From contig NC_042998.1 in the NCBI RefSeq assembly GCF_006345805.1, positions 179,676,001 through 179,740,000 on the forward strand: DNA of 64,000 nucleotides. Direction: 5' to 3'. Position 1 is the first letter of the stretch. Each line of letters opens with the position of its first letter. The translations under genes were made by a program, and so were the position numbers. Origin of the DNA: Octopus sinensis (Eukaryota). Under the pieces are notes generated by a model that did not search any database, was not told where the DNA came from, and was given only the letters and a program-made list of their open reading frames with translations. Below are positions 13,158 through 26,109 of the stretch, one piece after another.

Positions 13158-13817
13158 CACAAGCCTATATGTGTACATGTATCTATCCCTCCCTATAGCA
13201 TCCTTGTTGGAAATATCTAAGCGTTAATCCAACTTCATATTTCGTTTTCTGAACAAGTAATTTCTTGTGTTAGGAGGAGAACGAAGAGGAAAAGGCGGAG
13301 ATGGGAACAATTACTTCTGTGTATGACTTACATATATGTTTGTGATATAAGTATGTCTTTATTCATGTATGCGTGTACGTAACTGTGAAGTTCGTATATT
13401 TACTATGTAAATTTAAATGTCAAATATATGTAGCGGCATGTACTATAGTATGTTCGCTTATCTGTGTATGAACGTGTTATATGAGAGTATGTCTGTGTGT
13501 TTGATTGGGGAAGTGTGTGTGTATTTGGTAGTGAATAGTTGCGTGCGTGCATGCTCTTCGAAGCATTTAGATGTGTATTTGTGTATTTGTGTGTGTGTGT
13601 GTGTGTTTTCATGGGTTTTAGAAAATGAAATAACTATGCAAAGCATATGAGAGTAAAAGAAGAAGAGAAATTTTCCGGGACTTCATTTCCCGAAACAAGA
13701 TGTCACCCAACGTAAATCAGAATGAAATAGCAGCTGTGACATGGCCGTCAGTCAATAGTTTAATACGCCAACCTATGAAAATAATGACGACGACGATGAT
13801 GATTATAACAATATGAT

Positions 13818-13864
<47 letters not shown>

Positions 13865-14187
13865 CTTAAAGCTAATCACTATTATTTATTGTTATTATCA
13901 TTGTTGTTAGTTACGAGGAAGAAGGGAAATAGTTGTCATAATGGCGCTGTTGGCATTTCGGAGAAACTTTATAATAAGCATATATGACTGGGGTAATGTG
14001 GGTACATTGATGAATGTATGATACATGTTGAATGGGTGTACATTGGCAGATGTGTGTTTTGACACACTCACGTACACATATGTATGTACGTACGCACGTA
14101 TGTATGTGTATATGAATGCATGTATGTATGTATGTTTACAGCATGGCCTCAGTCAAATGACCGAAGCAAGTAAAAAATATAAAATAA

Positions 14188-14245
<58 letters not shown>

Positions 14246-14371
14246 ATATAATATAGATAAATTGATAGAAGTATTACTTCGCTTAGGCATGGCTGTATAA
14301 ATAAACTGGCGTTAGAACTCAGTATATATATGCTTCAGAGCAAAGCGTCAGTTGAGTACAGAGCAGAAATA

Positions 14372-14550
14372 AGAAATTAAAATGACGCAAGAAAAAGAAA
14401 ATGTGTCATGGATGAAAATGTGTCTCTGATGAGGCTATAGAGTGATTCACAAGCATGCAACTATGACTGCATTGTATCTTATGGAAGAAACAACTGTAAG
14501 CTAATGAAGTTCATGACATCATTCATTTATCTTTTGTCATTTTAATTTCT
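14372..14550 (+). ncRNA. Hammerhead-ribozyme-like fold (type I order) enclosed by a long imperfect inverted repeat
   Basis: CTGATGA at 14426 and GAAAC-AACT-GTA at 14487-14498. Flanks 14372-14412 and about 14510-14550 are complementary. The stem II base and proximal stem I are imperfect. Confidence 0.5.
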
Positions 14551-14565
14551 GTGTGTATATATATA

Positions 14566-14730
14566 TGTAGGAAGAATTCACAAAAACAAACAAACAAACA
14601 TAAGACGAAGATAGGTGGTGTAGACAACAAACAGATGTCTTTAACGTTTCGAGCCTACGCTCTTCCACAGAAAGGAACACAGAAAGAAACAAAGAGAGAA
14701 AATAAGGAATGTGTAGTGTTTAGCGATCTG
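14566..14730 (-). mobile_element. Penelope-like terminal repeat fragment with degenerate minimal hammerhead (14639-14674)
   Basis: Reverse complement CTTT-CTGTGGA-A-GAGC-GTAG-GCTC-GAAACGTT-AAAG; abuts a TA/TG tract; related to 16060-16246 and 35255-35465. Confidence 0.6.
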
Positions 14731-16059
14731 TAGGAAGAAACGACAATAGGAAAAAGCAGAAAGTACAAAAAAAGTTTAGAAAGTACAAAAAAGTTAAGAA
14801 AAGTTCAAAAGGTTCAAAACCTTCGAACGTCGTGGTGTATTGGAGCGATTTCTCATCAGCAGAAGAATCTTTCGTTGTTTCTAGGAAATAAAGGTTCCAT
14901 CAATTGACTCTGGATGACAACATAATTGTCACACATCGAACATTAAAGAAAACCATGATTTTTTTTCTGTTCCCCTTACAGTTTCTTTCTAGAGTTCATA
15001 GTAGCTGGTCTACTTGAAATTAATGTTGCAGATATAAACTCTGCAATAAACATACGAGTCTGTTGTGAGTTAGTAAGAAAGTCTCTGCATCGTAGCTCCA
15101 ATAGAAATAGCAGCCGATGTCACCGAAACCACACACTACTGTTTTAACAAAGACACATTGTATGAGATACACCCGAATAAAAAAAAAAAAATCAGGAAAA
15201 CACGAGATTGGGACCAGGGGATGGTCTTTAGTGATAGGTGTCTGCTTGATCAGCGCTGAGCCGGAGCTAAGCAACAATAGTGACTGCTACGACGACGATG
15301 AAAAGGCTAGATGTACTTATAGAAAATTCATTTACCTAATTTCTCTCGAACATTAATTATCGAGTGTACAACACCAGATAATTTATTCTGGATGTTGACT
15401 GATATATGAACATTCCAGAGCGAGTGAAACAAACAAACATGCTTTCTAACCTACGCTGAAACTGATGAGACAAAACTCCCACAATTCTTCAATTGCTAGA
15501 CTCACATGTTCTCCCGAGGGAGTTTAAAATATTTAGTTGTCACAGGAGGGGCGAGGAACAATTCGTTCGCGTGCGGAATTTCACCCACATTCAAATTTAG
15601 TCCCTCAAATCCCATGTGATAAAAAAATACATAAAAAGTTAAAAATTAAGACTAAAACAGTAATTTAATATAATCTGCATAACTATACATTTGTAAAATT
15701 AAAGATTCATTATTTTTCTCAGCGGGTTCTTATGTAGTCGCAATGAGCCCTGCTGCTCAAACACCCCACCCGCATTGCTTTAGTTTAAAGTTAGAATTAA
15801 GAAATTTAATAGTGTTACCAAATTATATGCGCTGTGGTTAACGTATGTCAGTATTAAAGTGCCCAAGTGATAAAACGTCTCTATACAATCTGTTTTATGT
15901 CTGTGATGTATATCGCTAGAGTCAAGTGTGTAACTAAATCCATGACTAGGTGTTACCGAGTTATCAGAGGAAGTGAACAATATTGATTCCCGTGAGATCT
16001 GTACAAAAGGTAGGAATAGGGATGGGATCGACTTTCATATAAATATACATATATGTATT

Positions 16060-16246
16060 GGCGATTTTTTTTCCTCTGTCTTCCCTTCTCTGGATCTTTC
16101 CTTCTCCTATGTTTCCAACGAAGAGCTCCGCTCGAAACGTTAAACCCTCCTTCTTTCCTTCTTTCCTGAACGTCCAATAATACTTTATTTGTTCCACGTC
16201 CTTGCGTTGTTGTGTTTTTTTTTTGTGCTTTCTTGTTTGGATTAAC
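16060..16246 (+). mobile_element. Penelope-like terminal repeat fragment with degenerate minimal hammerhead (16111-16145)
   Basis: GTTT-CCAACGA-A-GAGC-TCC-GCTC-GAAACGTT-AAAC in pyrimidine-rich sequence, ending at a (TA)n tract. Confidence 0.65.
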
Positions 16247-16308
<62 letters not shown>

Positions 16309-16319
16309 GCATATATACA

Positions 16320-16480
16320 TAGATGTATGTACATACCTACATATATATGTATATATACATGCATATATGGGTACAGGACATCAAAAATACGTTGAACACA
16401 ATGAGAAACGAAAACATAAAACCAAAAATATAGAAACGAACTTTTTTCGGACAACGAAAAAACAGAGAAACGAGACAAGT
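16320..16480 (-). mobile_element. (TA)n-associated dispersed repeat, same family as 44900-45155
   Basis: Reverse-complement similarity to 45000-45150 (for example 'caatgagaaacgaaaacataaaa' versus 'tttaatgttctcgtttctcatt'). Confidence 0.75.
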
Positions 16481-16531
16481 AGTTTAACTAGAAGTATTAT
16501 ACTACAATGTGTGTGTGTGTGTGTGTGTGTG

Positions 16532-16564
<33 letters not shown>

Positions 16565-17329
16565 TATCTCTCTCTCCCCCTCTCTCTGTATGTGTATGTA
16601 TGTGTATAAGAGCATGCATATGTATGGTTACGCAAGTTTTGGACTTTGTGGTATAGTCCTATTTAGATGTGCGTATATATGTGTGCGCATGTGCACATGC
16701 GTTCGAGCTTGATTGCGTGCGCGTGATATTTAATTGAGTTGGGTTTTCAGTTAATCCGCCCAGATATAAATAGCTACGCACTATGCTCTGTGTATATGTA
16801 TGTATGTATGTATGTGTGTGTGTATATAAGTGTATATGTGTGTGCATGTGTGCATGAATGCACGTACTTCTGTGCATGCTGTTGTGTGCATGTGCGTGTA
16901 TTTCTGCGGGAAATTCGAACGATACATCATTGTCTCCCACCCACCCAACGATATCCGACCTTTTGCGATCTTAAAGCCCACACATTATGACATCTCGGAC
17001 GATTCCAAAGGTTAATTAGGGGTGGATTTTCGAGCAGCTCAATCAATTTATATAGTTTTGACTAATTACCACTTTCTAATTAGACTGTCGTCATGCAACA
17101 CATCTCACTCCCTCTCTATTTTCTCTTACCCTGTCTCTCTCTTCTCTCTCTTGTTTCTTTTTATTTTGTCATGCTTTGAAATATTCCATTATAAAGTAAC
17201 CAGACGTTATAAATCCTTCATGGAACACCAGCAGTTTTGTTTTTGTTTAGCCCCAGGCTAGACCTTATTTTACAACCTTATGATCAAAAGCATTCCAGCT
17301 GTGTCTGTCGCATCATTTAATTTTAGATA

Positions 17330-17716
17330 TCTTTTATCTTTTACTTGTTTCAGTCATTTGACTGCAGCCATGCTAGGGCACTGCCTTCAAGAGTTTTAGT
17401 CGAACAAATCGACCCTAGGACTTATCTCTTTTGCCGAACAGCTAAGTTACGGGGACGTAAACACACCAACATCGGTTGTCAGTGTGGCGGGGAACGGGAG
17501 GGGGCACAGACACAAAGACATATACACACACAGATATATACACATACATACATACGATGGACTTTTTTCAGTTTCCGTCTACCAAATCCACTCACACGGC
17601 TTTAGTCGACCCGATGCTATAGTAGGAGACTCTTGTCCAAGGTGCCACGCAGTGGGACTGCACCCAGGACCATGTGATTGGGAAGCAAGCTTCTTACCAC
17701 ACAATCACACCTGCAC
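17330..17716 (-). mobile_element. SINE-B
   Basis: Same module order as 6787-7210, moderately diverged. Confidence 0.9.
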
Positions 17717-18830
17717 CCATCCATATAGCCAAGCCTACAGACGGCCTTACATGCAGGGGATTTTTTTTACTCTTTCTAGCAGTCGAGCCACCATATATTC
17801 GTGTTTTATCCGACGGTTTAATATGCAGTAAATAACCATTGATAATCTGTATGAACACCACCATTGCACACGGTATATATTCTCCGAGTTTGGTTGAATA
17901 TCCTCGAAATATGTAAACTTTAAGGATATAGTGAATAACGGTGTAAACGAATGTCAAAGCTGAAATAACGGAGTGAATAGGCGACTGGAAAATCACACTT
18001 TTGATCACGAGTTTATATTTCAATCACGATTATTTTGATTTTGTCTTAGGCAAACATAATTAATTCTATATATCTCAGTGATAAAAGAGGGACCAAATCT
18101 TTTATAGAGAGGAAACACAAATGTTAATATATTGAATGATGTCGTATTCAGAGCAATTTTCTCATCAGACGCTGTTAATAAAGACCGGAGCTAACGACCT
18201 TTGTTAATTGATTGGTAATATGATTAAACTTATGGGAGTTTATCACCGTGACTGTCCATAATTCCCGAATGTTTGCTGAGGTTACACACTGAGGGGAAAT
18301 GTGGAAGGTTGACTGTATGCGACACTGGATAATTGGACATAAATGAATTCGTTGGCTAATGTCCTTACAATCGATGCTGAATGTCAAATCAAAGCATTAA
18401 GCTGTTACTAGTACAGTTTGACAATTTGAAGATAGGTATTTCATAAGGTGTGGTTTACTTCAAATTTGTAAGCTGAAAAGAGATGGTTCTTAGGCTCGCA
18501 GTATTGAATTTCTTTTCACCTGAGGGAAAAGTTCCTGATCAAAGTTTTACATACTTGTCAATGACGATATTTTCCCGTCATTAGTTAATGCCCCAGAAAC
18601 CAAGAACACAAGGGTATTAGTTGATTACAACAAATCCAGTACTTGACTTCTACTTTATTTTATCAACTCCAAAAGGATAGGATGTGAACATAAAACGTAA
18701 AACTCTAGGATATTTTGTTCGACATCCTAGCGATTCTACCAATCCACCAACCTTAGGGAAAAGAAATAATTATGATTTCTAACATATAATCAAGACCCAC
18801 ATATCTTGATTTTAGAGGTATAGCCGATTA

Positions 18831-19040
18831 AGGCAGCAAGCTGGCAGAAACGTTAGTACGCCGGGCGAAATGCTTAGCGGCATTTCGCCTGTCTTTACGT
18901 TCTGAGTTCAAATTCCCCCGAGGTCGACTTTGTCTTTCATCTTTCGGGATCGATTAATTAACTACCAGTTGTGTACTGGGGTCGATCTAATTGACTGGTC
19001 CCCTCTCTAAAAATTTCGGGTCTTGTGCCCAGAGTAGAAA
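18831..19040 (+). mobile_element. SINE-A variant, full length, with perfect 17-bp TSD, nested in an older antisense SINE-A
   Basis: TSD agaggtatagccgatta at 18814-18830 and 19041-19057; head 'aggcagcaagctggcagaaacgttag'. Confidence 0.93.
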
Positions 19041-19499
19041 AGAGGTATAGCCGATTATATCGACCCAGTAACTGACCGGTAGAATTGGCTGTGGACATAA
19101 AGGGACAAAACTAAATAACATAACACAAAAAGTGCATTTCGCTTACTGCTCAACGGATTCCACCATCTCAAGTTATGAAAGATGCCCTTCGGTGGTATTT
19201 GAACGCGGAACTTAAAACGGCAATAAATAAATGTCGGATGCTCTTGTAATTCTGACACCAAACAGTTCTAATAATAATTTAATAAAAGATAATTTAAAAT
19301 AGATTTCCTATCAGAATCCGAGACATCACTACGATAGATGCAGCTAAAATAACTGAAGGAAGTCTGAATGCTTAATTAGCAGGAACATTTAATGGTAGAA
19401 TGATATTGAGTTACAGGAACTATCGACAAAATGGTGCTGTATGAGTAAATATCGGTTTTCTAACTGCTGAGCTATTTCTGTTCAAGTCTTACTACGGTT

Positions 19500-19650
19500 A
19501 CTGTGTAGTTCGGATCAAATAGTTGTTCGACGAATCTGATTCCTTTGACGATTGCTCTAAAACATTCATTAGCTGATACATGTCAGTTGGCTGTGTAATT
19601 AGATATAAATAAGTAGAGTTTCTTTCACGGTCTTTCATATCAAAGAAATG
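19500..19650 (-). pseudogene. Possible highly decayed mariner transposase N-terminal fragment
   Basis: ORF-track peptide 'TYLYLITQPTDMYQLMNVLEQSS' loosely resembles the first helix-turn-helix region of mariner transposases. Weak. Confidence 0.25.
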
Positions 19651-20013
19651 TTGAATTGTAGGGGAAGGTATGTATAACACGTTTTTAGATAGATATGTTT
19701 TAGTTTTCATCAATATAAGAAAAATATATAACGCCTTTTTTCATAACCATGAAACTTCAGTTTGTGATAGAAATCCGGTAAAACTGTTAAGAGATAAACC
19801 CCCTCCTTTTATTGAGAGTTGTATAAGCATACTCCATTGATGAGATCAGTACCAGAAACATGTGTTAACTATTGCAAACACCTTAGAAAATCTAGCTCGA
19901 CAGAGATAGAATGGAATAGCTGCAGGTTTTGAACTTGGGCCCTAATGAGTTAGTGGTACAATACGTGTGTGTGTGTGTATGTGTGTGTGTAGGAAAAATG
20001 TAGATTTTGTGCT

Positions 20014-20074
20014 GTGTATATGTGTATTAATCAAAATTAATACTTCGGTGTATATGTGTATTAATCAAAATTAA
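20014..20074. repeat. Short tandem duplication, period about 34 bp
   Basis: 'gtgtatatgtgtattaatcaaaattaa' occurs twice. Confidence 0.85.
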
Positions 20075-20976
20075 CATATCTTCTGTAATACGAAGATCTT
20101 TGTTTATCATCTTTGTTATGACAAACGAGAGAGTCTGAACGTGGTCGCTAGGCTGCAGGAAATAACAGTGAAATATCTCTCTCTTAGTATACTCTGCCAT
20201 TTTAAGAAGGAAGTAGTCCTGGACATAGTATCTGAAAAATGGAATGGTCATAACAGGAACACTTTGATCTTAGGTTTGTTTGATCGGAACTGACCCTGGG
20301 GTAAATAACAGTCGTATATAAATATACTTGAAAGTGAAGAGAGAAAACCGTGTGTAGACTGTCACACAAAAAACTCCATCTGATTAATCTCTGTAATATA
20401 AGAGTAAGCAGTGCGTTTATTAGTTCACTGTGAAGGTCAGATGTATTCGTAACAATTGATCTCACATCTCGTCTAACCCTTGGATCAACTAACAATTATC
20501 AGCTAGATCAGTCTTTTCAAGGCGCAACCTGATAAGAAAAAAACTATCATAGTGTGTTAAGAAGTCATTGTGAATGTTAACGTATTTGCAATTTAAAACG
20601 TAGTTGATTAGCCAAAGCGCTAGTAACCAAAGACTGCATGCCAGTTTTTGATTATAGCTCGTTCTACGTTCCGGTTTCAAATCTCGCCGTTACTACCTGA
20701 TTTCAGATATTTGCCTTTGGTACTTCTGCAGATCGAGAATATCTTGTATCACGTACATTACCATTCGATCTTGAATTGAATATTACTGCTATTTTTGAAC
20801 TTCTCTGAGAATCTTGATTTGTTTGATCAAATTCAGAATCGAATTGTTCACTTGATGAGCCATCTTCTATCTACTACGCTGGAGACTTTGGTTCATCGTC
20901 GAAACGTATCTTTGTTGTGTCTTGTCTATAAGTAGTCCTACAGTCATTGTTCTCTTGAACTTTCTGATCTAATACC

Positions 20977-21391
20977 TATTTCTTTACTACCCACAAGGGG
21001 TTAAACACAGAGAGGACAAGCAAGGACAGACAAACGGATTAAGTCGATTATATCGACCCCAATGCGTAACTGGTACTTATTTAATCGACCCTGAAAGGAT
21101 GAAAGGCAAAGTCAACCTCGGCGGAATTTGAACTCAGAACGTAACCGCAGACGAAATACATATTTCTTTACTACCCACAAGGGGCTAAACACAGAGAGGA
21201 CAAACAAGGACAGACAAACGGAATAAGTCGATTATATCGACGCCAGTGCGTAACTGGTACTTTATTTATCGACCCTGAAAGGATGAAAGGCAAAGTCGAC
21301 CTCGGCGGAATTTGAACTCAGAACGTAATGGCTGACGAAATACTGCTAAGCATTTCGCCTGGCGCGTTTACTTTTCTGCCAGCTCGCCGCC
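20977..21391 (-). mobile_element. SINE-A head-to-tail dimer bounded by one TSD
   Basis: Two body/tail units and one head. Direct repeat ctttctgatctaatacc / ctttctggtctaatacc at 20960-20976 and 21391-21407. Confidence 0.93.
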
Positions 21392-22811
21392 TTTCTGGTC
21401 TAATACCCTCTGTCAAGACTGTTAAGCGGGTCACTAGCTCCTCTTTCCAGGTGCATAATTGCTCTATTAGTCATAAGTCTTTTTACTCTAATAACTTCTT
21501 TCCTTGAACTGCTACTCTTTCGAACTCTCAATCATTGTCGTGTTTTTCTCTACTTCATGATATTCAGTCCTTTAAGCTTTCTATCATCTGACATTTTCTG
21601 AATTTATAAGCTCCTTCTTTTCCTTATTTCTACCCACTACACTACACTGGCCTACAGCCTTCTCTAGGCAAATCATTTACAAAAAAATACTAGTCAAATT
21701 CGAGGTCGATTTTGATGGACTGTTTCCAGAAAACGATATTCACAGTTTCATACCATGAAGAGAAAAAATACAATATGACTGAATTGTTTTTTAATTTCAT
21801 TGTAAATTGTAAAAGAGACATCTTTATCGTTGCCAGTCAAGTTGATTGTAGTGTTTTGTGTTTAATATAATTTGTATTATATTATATAAATATATGGTAA
21901 ATATCTAGAATGGAAGGTAATTTAAAAGTATAAGAATATATATATATATTATATATATATTATATATATATATATACATGTATGTGTATGTATATGTGTC
22001 TATGATAGATATGAGCTCAGAAGTGTATACATATGTGTATTGAATATAGATATATGAATATGTATATGAGATAAAACCACTAATGCATAATATATATACA
22101 TAAATATGATTATGTAATTATAGTAGCTAAATACCATATACATTTAATTGCAAATAAAAACAGAAAGGCTACATCATATACAACCATACGAAGGCAATAA
22201 ATGTCAAAATTTGTAGAAACATACACACGTATTATATATAAATATGCACACGCGGACTCACACGTATATATGCACACATGTGAAGATATGTGTATGCGTT
22301 TGTGCCGAAACCCCACACAGCTATATATATATGATTGTATTATCTCTTGCTTTTCATACTAAATACATGTACGCCTCTATGTGTGTGTGAGTGTATGAGA
22401 GAGAAAAACGAGGATAGTATAAATGCATATATATACGTATATACGTTTAGAACAATCAAAACACTGATTTGTTCTTAATCTATTAAATCTGCAAGAGTGG
22501 AACATTCAGTTACCATTACTGTCCATTTCATAAATATTATTAATAGACGTCATTATGGAAATGCTCTCAGTATTTATGATGTATATGTATTATGTACATA
22601 CGTACGTAGTGTGTATACGTACGTGTGCCGATGTGTAGTGGTCATACTGTTTATATTAGAGAATTAAAGGAACATATATACAAACCAATTCAAACGGTAA
22701 TGGCCGTTGTAGCTATGCGGCTAGTTTTAGCAGTTTCTTCTACCACGGAAATAGACGTGGCAGAGAGATAATAATCATAAGAACAATATAAAGAAGGAAC
22801 ATCTACTACTA

Positions 22812-22843
<32 letters not shown>

Positions 22844-22908
22844 ACTATTGCCTTTAGCATAACTATTATCACCACCATCACAAGCACCACCATTACTACC
22901 ATCACCAC

Positions 22909-23060
22909 TAATAATAACAATGATAATAATAATAATAATGATAATAATAATAATAATAATAATGATAATAGTAATAATAATAATAATGATAATAATAATA
23001 ATAATAATGATAATAATAATAATAATGATAATAATAATAATAATGATAATAATAATTATG

Positions 23061-23110
<50 letters not shown>
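22909..23110. repeat. (AAT)n with interspersed ATG; a similar tract lies at 32265-32530
   Basis: Directly visible. Confidence 0.95.
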
Positions 23111-23111
<1 letters not shown>

Positions 23112-23449
23112 TTTTATTGGTCGTAAGGGCCCAACACGCTGGTGGCAATACAAAGGCGAAATACAAGAGGAAAGCAGGAAGTAAAATCAGCGGGGTTTTT
23201 ACATTAGATAAAAAGGGTGAGATCAAGAAAAACAATGGATACATTAATAAAACTGTTATGATAATAAATAGCAATAACAATGTACGATAAGAAAATAACC
23301 CAAATGTAACCCCTAAACAGGAGTTACCCCACATAGAGTGATTTTGTAACATCCCACCACACAACTTCTGATTATCTTGAATTGCCAAAAATTTCTTCTC
23401 ATTTCTTGCTGGCTACATACCCACAGCCACAAAATTAATTAGTGTTGGA

Positions 23450-23594
23450 TAGTCATGAGCAGTCTTCGGCCTGTGAGACTTTCTGAATGGCATACCTAGA
23501 GAAAATTATCATGAATTTTTTTTAGAAGTGCGGCACGCTACATGATGAGTTTTGTCTCATGCAGCCCGTTTCTCGAAGAAGTCACTCATGCCTG
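23450..23594. mobile_element. Possible old hAT-type MITE
   Basis: Imperfect terminal inverted repeats (tagtcatgagcagtctt ... aagtcactcatgcctg) and internal gcggcc/gcagccc-like subterminal motifs. Confidence 0.3.
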
Positions 23595-23799
23595 GTATAC
23601 GACCATCTTAGTTATGTTAATTTCATCACTCACGCCCACTTTTCATAAAATTTGCTGAAAGACAGCATCTCCCAGTCCATCCTCAACTAAATTTTCCAGT
23701 GATACTTGAAGAAACCGATGAAACTTCGCCTGAGAGGAAAAACTTTGTCCTCAGACATTTCAACTGTACCTACTACTGAAGTTCCCGTCAAAGCCATCA

Positions 23800-24480
23800 A
23801 ACAGAGGAAAGTATTCCCTTTCCCCTACCAAAGACAGGCATTAGCTTGACCTTCACGATAGCAGACCCGTTTCACCCGTTCATGCATGATAGTAGTGGTT
23901 CGATATAAAGCACAACTATGTACGGACACTGAACGAGTGGGTTCGTAGTGGACCGGTTTCGTCATCCTGCACACTTCTGGGACAAGATCGGTTGCTAGCG
24001 GTTCCAACGCATATATGTAGAGTTTACTCCAAACAGGTAGCACTGTTCAGTAGCGTTGCCAGGCCAAGGACTTTTGGACATAAACCTTGACCTGAAAAAT
24101 TACTCGATCTCCCCTGCACACTTCTTGGACAAGATCGGTTGCTAGCGGTTCCAACGCATATATGTAGAGTTTACTCCAAACAGATAGCACTGTTCAGTAG
24201 CGTTGCCAGGCCAAGGACTTTTGGACATAATCCTTGACCTGAAGAATTACTCGATCTCCCCTCGATGAATTCCAAGATCATCGTCGTTTATACCATTTGC
24301 TAATCTTTATTGTATGCAAGGCTTGATGTTCTAACGACTACATTTTTCAGTCGGTGGAGTACAGTGAGTGCTTGACAATATTTTACATGTCAAACGCCTA
24401 ACCTTAGCTATCTCTTGACGCAAGACTGTAGTTCAGTCAAAGAGACAATTTGCAGAAAGACATCGTAAAATCGACAACCA
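23800..24480 (-). pseudogene. Decayed L1/Tx1-clade LINE reverse transcriptase fragment
   Basis: Minus-strand peptide LYIYALEPLA matches the L1/Tx1 motif QGCPLSPLLY..ALEPL. Upstream codons cag-tgc-tac-ctg are a plausible decay of Q-G-C-P. Near 24390-24440 a frameshifted trace of 'ELKILAKVLAKRL' appears in the expected order. Confidence 0.55.
23966..24262. repeat. 147-bp tandem duplication (2 copies, few mismatches)
   Basis: 'gacaagatcggttgctagcgg' at 23981 and 24128 (offset 147); similarity extends through 'tactcgatctcccct'. Confidence 0.95.
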
Positions 24481-25502
24481 CACCTGTTCCCAGTCAGCAA
24501 ATGTGTTAACGTATTAGCCTAAGTATGTTCTTGAGCATTGTCGAGGACATTATTTCGAGACTCCCTTGGAATAATCTTTGTAGCAAATGGAACTTCAGTA
24601 GCTGATAAATCTAGCGAAAGAGTATGCTTAGTGTGGTTCGATATCTTCTAAGACAAAGCACAGTAGTTGGATCGTAGTACATCACAGAAGCGATGTAGAC
24701 GCCGCCTGGCTTTTAATCATGATAATAACGACAAGGTTGATGATGGGAATAATAATATAATGTTTTGTCTTGAGTAAATTCATAAATGGAAACCGTAATA
24801 ACCTTAACGGATTCAGACACAACTCATCGATCTCTCTCTCTCTTATGTCCATGGTAAATTTAGTTTTAGAACAAAAGGAGAAAAATAAAATGAAAAATAA
24901 CAAAAGCGGCAACAGTAATAACAAGAACAGCAGAAGCGACATCATAAGAATTGATACGAACTATCAAGAATCAGGAATGAAAATGAAAAAGAAAAAAAAA
25001 GGAAAAAGTAAGAAAAAAAAATAAAAAGGAAAAAAATTACGAAAGTAGAAATGAACTTATTCCACAGACACTGTATGTACTGGATCAATTGGTGAATGTT
25101 TCGGAGGAGACAACTTAAACGTAAAATCTATCTTTTGAAAACCTAACAGATGTTGGAGCTAAATATATTAGGAATTTAGAATAGTTTTCCAGTCTGATTA
25201 ACCAATGTATGCGCAGGAGTTGGTTATTGCTTTAAGATCGGCATAATCAGGTAATTTTATCTTCTTGGGTCAATAAATAGGGATTCGTTATCGCTTAATA
25301 GTTCCAAATATCGACCAGTAAAAAGACAATTGAGTGAAACAGAAAAGAAAGAGAGAGAGAAAAAAGACAAAACAAAACAAAACTTCATACACTTTTATAG
25401 GCTTCACACGCATACATAGATAGATACAAGCACATTAACATGTGTGTGTGTGTGAGAGAGTGTGTGCGCGCGCAAATATATATATATATATATAATATAT
25501 AT

Positions 25503-25578
<76 letters not shown>

Positions 25579-25748
25579 GGGGTAATTTATTGATTTTCCA
25601 CAATGGCACAAGATTCATATACGGCATTGTTCATAGATATACACAGTAATTATCACACGTTTTCGGTCTGTTGGTATGTTCGTCGAAATTCGGTAACGTA
25701 TAACAGTTTCCATTCTTACTTGGCATTCAAAATTCAAAAGTTATATAT

Positions 25749-26080
25749 GGTGTGACTATATGGTAAGAAGCTTGATTCTCAACAACATGGTTCTGGGTTC
25801 AGTTCCATTACGTGGAACCTTGGGAAAGTGTCGACTACAGCCTCGGGCCGACCAAAGCCTTGTGAGTGGAAAGAAGCCCGTCATACATGTGTGTGTGTGT
25901 GTGTGTGTGTGTGCATGAGTTTCTGTGTTTTTACCGCATTACTACTTAGCAGTTCGGCAAAAGGGACAGATAAAATAAGTACCAGGCTTTAAAAAAAAAG
26001 CACTGGGGTCGATTCATTCGACTAAAAATTCTTCAAGGCAGTGCCACAGCATGGCCAATCTAAATGACTGATACAAGTAC
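25749..26080 (+). mobile_element. SINE-B, older variant with internal deletions
   Basis: Head, 'ccttgggaaagtg', (TG)n, 'ctggggtcgattcattcgactaaaa...cagcatggcc'. Confidence 0.85.
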
Positions 26081-26109
26081 ACACACACACACATATATAT
26101 ATGGGCGTA

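Noticed and set aside
20700-21600. Possible decayed Tc1-like transposase flanking the SINE-A dimer
   Set aside because: Only a vague 'IRFDDE'-like trace on the minus strand; not enough to support a call without a profile search.
23966-24262. CRISPR-like or satellite array
   Set aside because: Only two contiguous copies, no spacers, eukaryotic context.
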